A DNA stretch of 63,966 nucleotides, the filler included, from Hyphochytrium catenoides (lineage: Eukaryota; Protista; Hyphochytriomycota), in the NCBI GenBank assembly GCA_900088475.1. It is 14 parts of 14 records of this genome, joined end to end, with 100 filler letters (N's around TTAATTAATTAA, not from the genome) between each part and the next. Parts side by side here need not be neighbours in the genome. Positions count along the whole stretch, not along the records: positions 34,932 to 36,964 come from FLMG01003247.1; positions 37,065 to 44,277 come from FLMG01004689.1; positions 44,378 to 51,392 come from FLMG01002386.1; 11 more parts are not named here. One strand, written 5' to 3'. The translations under genes were made by a program, and so were the position numbers. The notes under the pieces were generated by a model. It did no database searches. It was not told where the DNA came from and was given only the letters and a program-made list of their open reading frames with translations. Positions 34,938 through 45,890 of the stretch are shown here, piece after piece. The stretch's first letter is position 1, and every line of letters starts with the position of its first letter.

Positions 34938-35660
34938 ATGTCTACCGAAGTACTTAACCAATACATAGACCATACTCTACTGAAGGCTGATGCTACGCCA
35001 TCTGCCGTCGTCCGGCTCTGCGAAGAAGCAGTCGAATACCGGTTTGCTTCTGTCTGTGTCAATGGAGTGTATGCCGATTTAGCATATGAGACGCTGAAGG
35101 GATTGCAAAAGGGAGTTTCAGACTCGGAAAGGGTCAAGGTCTGCTGCGTGGTGGGCTTCCCTCTTGGCGCAATGAGTACCGACATGAAAGCCGCAGAAGC
35201 CGAGGACTGCTTGCAACGAGGGGCAGAGGAAATTGACATGGTCATTGCTATTGGCAAGCTCAAGGCGAAGGAACTAGACTACGTCCTGCGTGACATAGCC
35301 GCCGTGGTGACAGTCTGTAGACGAAGGAAGGCGATTTGTAAGGTTATCATTGAGACCAGCCTTCTCACCAATGCAGAGAAGGAGGCAGTGTCCTCTCTTG
35401 CAGTCCAGGCTGGCGCAGACTTTATCAAGACGTCAACCGGCTTTGCTCCTGGAGGTGGAGGTGCGACGGTGGATGATGTTAAATTAATGGCCACGATCGC
35501 CAGGGCGGTAGGAAAGGAAGTTAAGGCCAGCGGCGGGGTTAGAGACAGAAAGACCGCGATCGCTATGATTAAAGCTGGAGCCACGCGGATTGGCTCCAGC
35601 TCAGGTGTCGCTATTTGCACTTCAGAGGCTGCTACCTCCAATGAGCCAAGTGCATACTAA
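34938..35660 (+). CDS. deoC: Deoxyribose-phosphate aldolase (short form), single exon
   Basis: IDHTLLK, FASVCVN, VVGFPLG, GAEEIDMV, KVIIET, GADFIKTSTGF (Schiff-base Lys), VKASGGVR and GATRIGSSSG in a 240-aa ORF. Confidence 0.95.
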   Translation: MSTEVLNQYIDHTLLKADATPSAVVRLCEEAVEYRFASVCVNGVYADLAYETLKGLQKGVSDSERVKVCCVVGFPLGAMSTDMKAAEAEDCLQRGAEEIDMVIAIGKLKAKELDYVLRDIAAVVTVCRRRKAICKVIIETSLLTNAEKEAVSSLAVQAGADFIKTSTGFAPGGGGATVDDVKLMATIARAVGKEVKASGGVRDRKTAIAMIKAGATRIGSSSGVAICTSEAATSNEPSAY

Positions 35661-36089
35661 GGCTACCTTAGTAGTTGGTTAGAGTGATGACCAGAGGGCA
35701 GAAGACATGAGTCAGAGCGACTAGAGAACAAGGATGAGGTCTGGTCGGCCTCTAGTGACACAGAGAGGCTGGTTGTATTGACAGTTGACACGTTAAAGGG
35801 TTCATACACTTAGCAGAGAGATGAAGCAGCTCGTGAACTGATTAGCACTGGCGTAGACGAAAGCTCATGGCAGTGCGTTGCTGTCAGCGAGAATGAGAAC
35901 CATGGAGACTATGGCGTCACTAGGATGGATGCACTTTCAGATGAAAGGCCGGAGAGGCGGAGATAGTGGAAACAGAACCTGGCTATATGCTCTGTAATGT
36001 CGAACAGAGGACAGTGTCCATCCTGCCTCTGATGACTAATAAGTTATTATGCTGAGCCAGTAAAACCCTAGGCCCTTAGAGCCCGTTCT

Positions 36090-36964
36090 CTACGAAGTGA
36101 CACTTGCTGGTCCTGCCACACCAGTGATGGCCGTCGTGGGAGCTGTTAGAGGAATCTTGGAGAGTTCCAGCGGAAGAGGGGAAGACTCTTGGGATAGTTG
36201 AAGAGAGGGAGAGACGTCACCTTCCTTTTTGTGTTGATCAACATTGGTGGTCGGTCGCTGCGATACGTTTGGGGGACTTTGGATCTTTGGAAAGAGCTGT
36301 CTTTGGATCATTGACCCCAAGGACGAGAAAAGAGAAGGTCGTGCTGTCATGGCAGGGGAGGATTCTTTCTTTTCCTCTTCCTGTGCCTTCTGCGCGAGTT
36401 TCGAGAGCAGAGGAAGATGCAGCATGTTGCCAAGAGCAGAGAGTACGGATGTGCTCTCTCTCTTGACTTCTTCGACCCCGGTACCGTTAATCCTCGGCAG
36501 CAATTGCAGTTGGAGAAAGTCCTCCAAGAGTAAGATGAGGGCATTGAGCTGCACTGCCTGGAGAATGCCCTGTTCGCTATGCCTCTAGAAAGACAAAGGA
36601 AAGTGAAAGGGAGTTGCAGAGTGAGACAAAAGAACGCCTAAGGTTATATTCATACACAGATAGGAACAGAGGACAAATATCAACAAGCAGTGTATGGGCC
36701 TCTGTCATTCACAAAAAGTACAGAGGGAGAGAGAGTGTCTAACCGGGACTGATACTCTAGGAGAGAAGGACACACTCAAGGAAATGGATGCTTTGGGCCT
36801 TCTACATTCTTTGTCACGTCCTCTACGCTGATCCTCTCGCCGTAGTAGTAGTGACTCTCTTCTCTTTCTCTTTGTTACCTCAACATGCTCTATAATGCTA
36901 TCCACCGTCGCTTGAGGGAGACGAGCCAACTTGGAGACCTTCAGATAGCGGCTGGTCACCCGTT
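36090..36964 (-). CDS. Hypothetical protein, 3' two exons (5' part lost at the contig edge)
   Basis: ...LARLPQATVDSIIEHVE|gtaaca...ttctag|RHSEQGILQAVQLNALILLLEDFLQLQLLP... joins in phase 0 and runs to TAG at 36090. No family recognised. Confidence 0.5.
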
Positions 36965-37064
36965 NNNNNNNNNNNNNNNNNNNNNNNNNNNNNNNNNNNN
37001 NNNNNNNNTTAATTAATTAANNNNNNNNNNNNNNNNNNNNNNNNNNNNNNNNNNNNNNNNNNNN

Positions 37065-37209
37065 GATGAGGTAGGGCAGAGTGTAGGAGAACACAAAGAT
37101 GTCCATGGCATCTAATGCCCAGGCACAGCCCGTGATCATGAGCAATTTAAAGTGGAAAACAGGGAAGCAGCCCAGAAATGTCCCATCATCCGGCGGAAGA
37201 TTGTCAATC
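37065..37209 (-). CDS. Major facilitator superfamily transporter (SV2/SVOP/NiaP-like), exon with TM1; 3' part lost at the contig edge
   Basis: IDNLPPDDGTFLGCFPVFHFKLLMITGCAWALDAMDIFVFSYTLPYLI matches the D.LP...FH.KLL...G..W..DAM(D/E) N-terminus of this MFS group. Confidence 0.75.
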
Positions 37210-38542
37210 CTGCGTGCGTGTCACGGAAGCCATAACTGGTCAAAGCTCTGCTGCTGCAAGCTGCTAGTTAGAGGCAGACGGAAGCTTCCGACGCTTTTCT
37301 TCGTCCCTCCCGGTATTGCGCTGGTCGCCCAGTGTTGGACGCCAAAGGTCAACAAGGTCCTGTTGAGTGCTGTTGCTTTTGTGTTTGGCACCTCGTCTGG
37401 GTTAATAATAGAACAGCAGGACGAAACCACCCCTTAATTGGGGCTGAAGGAGGCGCAGATTCTGAGCAGCGGAGTGAACCACCAGGCCAACTAATAAGGA
37501 AAGTGTAGGTCAACAAAGGAAAGAAGCGTCGTCTTGTTATGTGCCAAGATAATGCTTCTTCGTTCGTCGAAGACCTTCCCTTTATTTCCCTACATGCAAC
37601 AACAATCTTTGAATGGACGACTTTATTATTGCTTCTTCTGCGTCCATTCTTTCTCCCTCCTCCTCCCTCCTCACTCTCTTTTCTTCTCAGCTCCTCCTCT
37701 CTTCTTCTTCCTTTTTTCACTTCTTCTTTTTCTGCGCAAGACGTAGTGTAGGAAGCTCTCTCTTGAGAAGAACCATAAAAAAAGAAAGTGTCCGTTCTCT
37801 AAGTGTGAAGAAAGTGCCGAATCGTTGGAAGAATCTCTTTCTGCCTCGTATAACAACAATAACGTGCATCGCTATTAGGGCAACATGGGCAAGAGACGCA
37901 GTCTGGAGAGCAGGAAGCGAAGAGATAGACAAGAAACTGTGATCCTGATCCTAATGGTTATTCCTTCTCCCTGATGACAGTCGCGTCCATGATACTGAGC
38001 TGAGCGGCAACAGTCCTCGCTCTTGCCGATTGGCTTCTATTATGTTTCCTCATTACTGCTCCCACTCTCCATAGAGAGGCAGACAAAATGAAGAACTGCG
38101 ACTGACGATGGCGCTGACTAGGACGAGAAACGAAGAACGATTGCGTGCGGAAGAGGCTGTTGTGGCATTGCCAAGGGGAGGACTGTCTCATGCTTCTCTA
38201 TGATAATAGCTATGATGATAGTAAGCATGCTTTATTCACCTCAAGTAATGACAACACTAAGCTACTCATAAGGAACAATAGATAAGCTGGACAATAAAGG
38301 ATGAATAAATCAACTCCTCCCACGCCTTCCTCTCGCTCCTCGCTCGCCCTGTCTCACAGCCGACAATCAGCTAGGAGAAGGACTGATTCATAATATATCT
38401 CATTCTCCCGAGCTCACTGTTCTATCTCCGCGGAGGAGAAAATAATCTGGAGACGACAAGATGAGGAGAGCTTCGCACAGCAGGACAAAGGAAAAAGAAG
38501 GAGTAGTTCCTCTGAAGGGAGAACCAAAGGGTCGTGGTCTTC

Positions 38543-40865
38543 TCAGGCCATCACAATACCAGTAAATAGTCTGGATTCATCTTTATCAACCGCACCCCGC
38601 CAAAGTCCAACGTTTCCGAAGGCTCTGAAAGAAGTGGAGGAACGAAGACCGTCGGTAGATGGCGGAGGAACTACAACTGGAAGGGGAGAAGGAATTGGTT
38701 GATAGCTGAGGTCCTGATAAGAAGGACCCTGACGAGGAAAACAGAGAAGTGATTCGAGGGGTAGAGTAATGGCTATTCCTTCCGCTTCTGGGGCTCCACC
38801 CTTCTCTGCGGCTGTCAAAGTAGTGGCGCCTTCTGAAGAGAACACCTGAGCGCTCTCTTCTCTCTCCCGCAGCTAAGAGCGTTCCTCTCTGCTTTCTCTC
38901 TTTGCATATCAACTTTATAGCTTTACTCTTAGACTTTATAGGACTTAAGGATCATTAGTTCATTGAGCTTTGCTCGAGCTCATAATCTTCATTTATCTCA
39001 TTCTGCTATTGGCACCACAAACAAAGACTAGCTTCCAACGAACTCTGCCATTCCATCAACATATTGCTTACTCGTTCCACTTCTGTGGCTCCACCCTCCT
39101 CTGCGGGTGTCAAAGTAGTGGCGCCTTCTGAAGAGAACACCTGAGCCGGGGAGGAACCCTCCTGTTGGATGGATGGTGGCCCTTTTGCTCCTTCTTCTTC
39201 TTCCCACTGAATACCTTCAAAAAGATCCATCTCCGACGGAAGAGACTGAGTCGATAACTGGCATCCTTCTTGCTCTTCTTCTTCCCACTGGATACCTTCA
39301 AAGAGATCCATCTCTGACAGAAAAGACTGGGACGATAACTGGCATTCTTCTTGCTCTTCTTCTTCGTCGTCTTCTTTCTCCTCTTCTTCTTCGTTTGACT
39401 GTTCTTGCACCTCCTCGTGATGATCAGGACTAGGTGTCTCGGGGACGTCAGGGACAGGAGGAGCTGAGGGTGGGAGGATCGGTAGAGAAATGGGAAGAAG
39501 TTCGGCGTTGCTAATTGGGGCTGTTGATACAGCTGCAACCGTCGCCGCAGCTGCTGGTGCGGCTGCCGCAGTTGCTGCTATTCCTCCGGCAGCAGCCAAA
39601 GCAGGGAGCATATCCGAAATAGCAGTATTGTCACTTTTGGATTCTTCCTCCGATGATGGCGCAATAGATAGAGCAGTAGATGCCGGCAGAGGAGCAAGCG
39701 AAGAGTCCGGCGGAGGAGCAAGGGTAGAGTCAGGTGGAGTAGCTAGGGTAGAGTCAGTCGGAGAAGCAAGGGAAGAGTCAGGCAGAGAATCAAGGGAAGA
39801 GTTAGTCGAAGGAGTGAGTCCATCTTCTGGCGGTGGAGTTGGTTTCTCATCCTGATGCTCTTCTACTAGTGGGGTCACTTCCTGGCGGTCAGGATCCTGG
39901 GCTTCTTTTCCTTCTTCCTTTCCTGCTATAGGCAAATCTAGAGCAGCAGTAACTGGGGTCGCCGCCGGAGGGGTAGCAGGAAGAGAGGAAGATTCAGGAG
40001 AATTTCCACTCATGATGGCGGGAGCTGCGACTATGATGGCTGATGGCGGCTCTGCCCCGGTGGAAGGTGCAGCAACAAGTTTGTCGTTATCGCCTTTCTC
40101 ATTAGTTTCCCCTTCAAGGAATGGAGCAGATGCCACAGGAGAAGCTGCCGCCGCCAACCTAGTTCCTTGCTCCTGAGCGCTTTTCTCAGGTTGATGCTCT
40201 CTGCGAAGTTTAGTCTTTTCCTTCTTCTCCCCTTCCTTCTTCCTTTTCTCGTTGCCTGTAGCAGGACCAGGAGGAGAAGTGGGAGCTGAAGGAGATGGAG
40301 TCTCCGCTCCTTCCATGCTGGCAGAAGGTAAAGAAGAGGTTGAAGCCTTGTCTGTCTCCAAATGTTCATCAGCAGGTTTTGCTTCAGGTTTATCTGCTGG
40401 AGCAGGATGATGGCCTCCTACTGGTTCAGAAGATGGTAGAGGATAACGGATGATTTTTCCACGTTGCTTGTAAGTGGGAGGTGAAGAAGGGACAGAAGGA
40501 GAAGATGGCTGGTGGTTAACTGCCGAGGTGGCATTATCTTTTCTTTGGTTTATCTTTTCTGGAATAGCAGGAGGAGAGTTGCTGACTTCTTTTATGTTTT
40601 TGTTTTTTTCATCCAAGCTCATTAGAGCTCTGTCCGTGTCTCTTAATCCTCTTCGCAGTCCGCTCTTCTGCGGCTGATTCGTTGGTATAGAGCGGTAAAG
40701 GTAAGAAGAGTACCCATGGGACATAGGCTGTGCAGAATCTATTACTGCCGCCGTGCTGGTTGTCGGAACGAGATATAGAAGGAGCGACATCAGGAGGAGC
40801 AAATGATAGTTCCATCGCGCTGCCTTCCTCCTCCATTGGCGTACAAGAGTTACGAAGCTCTCCAT
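38543..40865 (-). CDS. Putative secreted or surface low-complexity Pro/Ser/Glu/Ala-rich protein, 2 exons, with internal repeats
   Basis: ATG 40865 is followed by hydrophobic HLLLLMSLLLYLVPTTSTA. A frame of ~600 codons runs to donor GTAAGC at 39071, with a phase-0 acceptor before ORF 38543-38845. It contains 8-aa PDSSLAPP repeats and a 27-aa duplication. Confidence 0.65.
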
Positions 40866-42677
40866 GGCTGAGCTTTCTGTTTGGATTGAGAGATAATAGT
40901 CACTGACTGTTATTGACCAAAAGACCCACAGACGAAGAGGCGAGACATGTTGCGGGTTATTAGGAGCATGGACTCTATCGGAGGAGCCATTCACTTGCTG
41001 TGCGAGTTGCGATAGTAGAGCGTGCTGCTGGCGCCGAGACTAAAGGGAAGGTATCCTGTTGTCAATGCATAATGGCATTTTTCACTTCTTACCACTCCTT
41101 GTGGGCAAGAAGCATTGAGTCCGAGGTACGACAGCAGCCATGTTCAGGTAAATAATAAGTTCCAATAGTTGTACCTCTCCAGGCTCGTGACTACTGACCA
41201 GACTTCGAAGAAGATCATGTGCATCATAGGTTCATAGATAGACGGGACACGCGACAGGATAATAAGGATGGCGTGTCTCGCTGTGTGGCCGAAAAAATGT
41301 CGGATGTCGTGGAACCTACAGGAAGACCTGGAAGCCCTGGCTCCGCGTCTAAGAGATAGGACTTGTAGTTCTACTACCGCTTAGTAGTGTATCGGATTCG
41401 AGAGCTCTGTGCGTTGTGCGTGGATAGCAAAGACCAAAGATCTTTGTAAGACAAGGCGCCTTTTCTATGCTCTATATACCTAAGACCTTCTGAATATAAT
41501 AAGGCGAGCGCGTCGGAATAAATTTGAAGAACAGAACTGGGGAATAGAGCTCCTTCACTTCATAGAGCTCCGGCGCTTTCTTCGGTGTCTGTATGTATTT
41601 CCCTGCCTGTGAGCACTGTCCTTCCGTATGAGTTATCCCCGTATAGAGCTTTTAAATCACTTTGTTTTATAAAAGATCCATAAGAATTGCAGGAGGAGTT
41701 TGCTAGACAAAACAGTAGAACGACTCAATGTCCAGAAGAAGACGGTTGGGAGCAGAGAAGACAGTTGTGTAGCTCCAGAAGTCTAGCAAAAGAATCCCTT
41801 AATTTATATCCCCTCGTCATGTCCTTGAAATGCCTATGCTATGATCCTAGCTCCTCGCGGGTCTGGACCACTGACTTTAAAGGCAGCATCCCAGCGGTAG
41901 CCCATTATTATTAGCTCCCTGTAGATTTATAAAGCAAAGATGGAAGAGGAAGGCGGTCCCGCGTCAGACAAACATATTGCCCGTGGGACTTTGTTAGACC
42001 TTATTTTACAGTGGGTGGGACCTGAAACTAGCCATGAGCCATGAGCCATGACAACAGGCGCCTGGCTCCTTCTTCTGGTCGTTGTTTATGCTCCGCCTTG
42101 CTATTTGTAGTATCTAAAAGAGTAAATCAGTCTACGGCCTGTTCTGGTCTCTGGGGTAACGACAACTGAAGAATGCTTGCTGTTTCTGCTGAGTTGGAAG
42201 GTGATGTCCTTGGATTCCTCTGGAGCTTTGGCTCTCGTTGTCCTAGCCCTACACCGAGAGCCCTACCTTTCTTTCTTCTCGTCTCCAATAGAATTTCTTC
42301 CTTCTCTTGCCCAGCGCTTCGCAACCATATCATATCAGTGCTTTCCCTCTTTCTGAAGAGGCTGTGAAGACAACAACACGATGATGAGCCATACTCTCCT
42401 TCGACTCACGCATATTATCAGGACCACACTAAGGAGCGCAGAAGTTCTACTAAGGGAAAAAGGGTTATCGGTGACGCGGATCGTCCCTACATTTCAACAG
42501 CTACGGAGAAAAGCATCACAATCCAAAATCTACGTCTTTTAATTCTCAGGCTTCAGCGCCAAAAGAGCTTATCTGTCAACCGTCTCAGTTCCCGTGAAAG
42601 ACCAAGCTACCCAGTGGAACGAAAAGAGGAGCGCTTTTAGTTATTAAGGCTCCCGTCGTCCTTCGCCCTCAGTAGTG

Positions 42678-43593
42678 ATGAAGCATCGCCAAAAAACTGC
42701 CGCATTCTCCTCTTCGTCTCTCCTTTTCTGCCTTTTCTGCATTCTCTCCAACCAAGGGAGCTATGGGCGAGCGCTGCAGCACGAGAGAAAGAGACAATTA
42801 AAAAAGCAGGGGACGCATTGTCCACCTGCCGCGCCTTTCTCTGCGGACACCCTTGCCCTCTATTGGTTTCCCCATGCACTACCGGGTGACAAACAATGCG
42901 GGAGATTGCATGAAGAAAGACACGCGCTGGAATGAGATGCTGGTGCTTCACGGCTTATGGCCGTTCTATAGTGAGGACGAGATGAGTCAGAAAAAGGATA
43001 AATATCCCCATGACTGCACTGAGCAGGACAGCAAGAGGGCCTACAATTCAACTGAAGAAGCAGAAGTCCTTAACACTATTCCTGCGTTCAAAGCAGCCAT
43101 TTACTTGCCAAGCACCAGCAGCAAGCCTGAAGAGCCTTCGACGTGGGTATATGAATGGAACAAGCACGGATCCTGTTCCGCGATGCCTCAGTCTTTATAC
43201 TTCAAGTGGTCCTTTAATGTTATAAAAAGGATTTTGAAGGGGAACCTTGCTGAGCTCTTTAAGGAGAACACAGCCGTTTCTACTTTCACCTTGCGACAGA
43301 ACATCGCGAAGGCCATTGGTCAGATTATGAAGGATGAGACAAAGCAAGAGACAGTGCAGGGAACGTATCAGCGCATGTAGGTGAAGCTCAGCTGCACTTC
43401 TCTCTCCAAGGATGCAACCAACTATCTCTTGGGCGTCTCTATCGTCTTTCAATCAGTCTGGAACTCTGACAAGAAGCTCTTTGCCCCGAGTCCTCTAGAC
43501 CATGGCACGCTCAAGGTAGGCAATCCAGGGACAAACGCTGGACTTTCTACGGAGTGCTCGACCAAGCAGGACATCAAATTGTACAAGTTCTAG
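42678..43593 (+). pseudogene. Ribonuclease T2 family, secreted type; one frameshift and one in-frame TAG
   Basis: Signal-like N-terminus and TLALYWFP lie in one frame. CAS I (LVLHGLWP) and CAS II (WVYEWNKHGSCS) lie in another, with the shift near 42885-42905. TAG at 43378-43380 is followed in frame by VKLSC...YLLGVSIVF...C...IKLYKF. Confidence 0.75.
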
Positions 43594-45142
43594 CCAAAAT
43601 GACCGCTGCGGCCTTTCTTTCTCTGTCTCTTTCTCTGTCTCTTTCTCTGTCTACTTGGCTCTTCCTCCTCCTTCCTCACCACCTCACGTCTTCGTCCTGC
43701 TCATTTTTCATTTCTTTGCCTGTCTTCCTCTTTCCCCATCCTTTCCTCGGAATGTCTTCATCCCGTCTGTGTAAGCGTTGGCCATCATCATCAGAGGTTG
43801 GGAAAGCTGGGGGTCCATTTCTCTCTGGGGTGGATATATCATGTCTTGGTCTTGCGGCTTTCATCTTCTTTCATCTACCTCTCCTTTTAGCATACGTGAG
43901 TAAATGTAACTCCTCCTTGAACCATCTATTCTCCATTGCTTGATAGTCAACCGTTCCGTCACGTGGGGAGTGCTTATGTAAGTCTAAGAGACTACGAGGA
44001 AGAGAGGTCACGATGCACTGAAACCTCCTTCTTCTCTTGCTCTTGGTTCTTCATCTTCTTATAACTACATGTTGCCTATACTTTCTCTGTGGATGTTACT
44101 CTCTCTCACACCCCCCCCCTCTCTCTCTCTCTCCTATCTTTCACTCTCTCTCTCCTCTTATCACCCGATCTAGGCACCGTTAGCTCTCCTCTCCTTTCCA
44201 ATCCTCTTGCTGGTCAGTGCCTCCTCGCGTTTCCCGAAGGCGTCAGCGCAGTCATCTAACAGAGAATAAAAGCTTTGNNNNNNNNNNNNNNNNNNNNNNN
44301 NNNNNNNNNNNNNNNNNNNNNTTAATTAATTAANNNNNNNNNNNNNNNNNNNNNNNNNNNNNNNNNNNNNNNNNNNNGAGAAGAGAAAAAGACAGTGAGA
44401 GTGGGAGGGAGAACTGAGTAGCCAGCCGGCCGCTAAAGGGAGCTTCAACGGGAGACAGAGAGAAAAGAGAAGAGAGACGCACAGAGATTTGATGGGAGAT
44501 GTCCCAGAGGCAAAGAGCAGGGGAAGAAGAGAGGCGCAGCCATGAAGAGCAGAGAGAAACTTACTCGATGGAGTTCCCGGACGGACTTCCATTCTCAAAG
44601 GGCTCGTCACCATAAGTCGCCGAAGCTTCAGAAAGAGGAGCAGGTAGCGCAAGGGAAGGCGCTGAGGGAACCGTCTCTTCCGGACTCTGCTCCATAAGGA
44701 GAGGGCCTTTCCGTCTTATAAACTCTCTCTCTCTCGCGCGCGTCCTATTCCCTGCCCGTGTCTGCCTGCCATTCGCAGGTGGGTTGGCGGCTTTCGGAGT
44801 GAGAAAGACGAAGATGGAGCTATCAACTGCGACAAGGAGAAGTCAATTGAAAAGGGGAGCAAAGCCAGCGAGGGAGGAACAGAAGAGGGTTGAGAGCAAT
44901 GCGTGAATTTGGGGTTATCAAAAGGGAAAGAGAGAGAGACAGAGTCAGGTTTTTCTTAGTGAGGAAGACGGAAGGAAGGGCGTTGTTTCCCCCTAGGAAG
45001 GTGATGAAAGAGCGAAGCAAATAGCGAGGTTGATAATCGAGAGACGAACCGCTCGCTGTCCATCATCGTAAAGAAGAGGAGGCGAAGAGAAATGGAGCTG
45101 AGGGGCAAAATGAGCACAGAAAGTGAAGAGAATAGGTTAAAG

Positions 45143-45187
<45 letters not shown>

Positions 45188-45890
45188 AACCAGAAAGGGT
45201 TGAAAAGGTATCCGTTACTGTTCGCTTCTGTCGTTAGCGCCTCCCTCTCCTGAACTTGGCGCATAGCAATGCAGTTATCCCGCGCCTTAGGGTAATAATC
45301 TATGTTATAGAACTACACAAAGCTTTAGCGCTTTTAACAATGTACCCCACGGCGTGGATCTTCCTCATTTTGTCGCATATGTGACCTAACCACTGAGCGG
45401 GTGGCGTGCAAAAGATCTGGGTGCGTTCAGCGGAAGGCAAAGGCCAGAGCAAGAGGAGATGAGTGCCATCAAATAGTGAAGAACAGATAGCGGAGAGAGT
45501 CCACAGTTAGCTCATGGAGAGCGAAGTAGATGAAGGAACGGACTCAGACAGCGGAAGGGCAACAAGGGAGATGCGGGTCCTCTCGTGATGATATAGCTGA
45601 TATAAGCACACCCTTGGGCCCGCCGTTGGCTCCCGACTATTGATGAACTATTGATGAGCCCAGCCGGAACCTTCTTATCTCTCTCATCCCACTTTGCAAC
45701 TTTGTCTCCGCCTTCTCTTGAGTCCTCCTTTGTCTCGGCCGCTTTTCTCTATTTTCTCTAAGAGCTCCTGTCGCCTTGAGAAACAGACCGAGACTCGTGA
45801 GAACCTGATAATGTGCTAGACGGACTGTTTAGGTTTAAGGACATGTGGTTAACTGGAGTAAGAAGTCACATCTTTCAGGGCAGAGCTATC

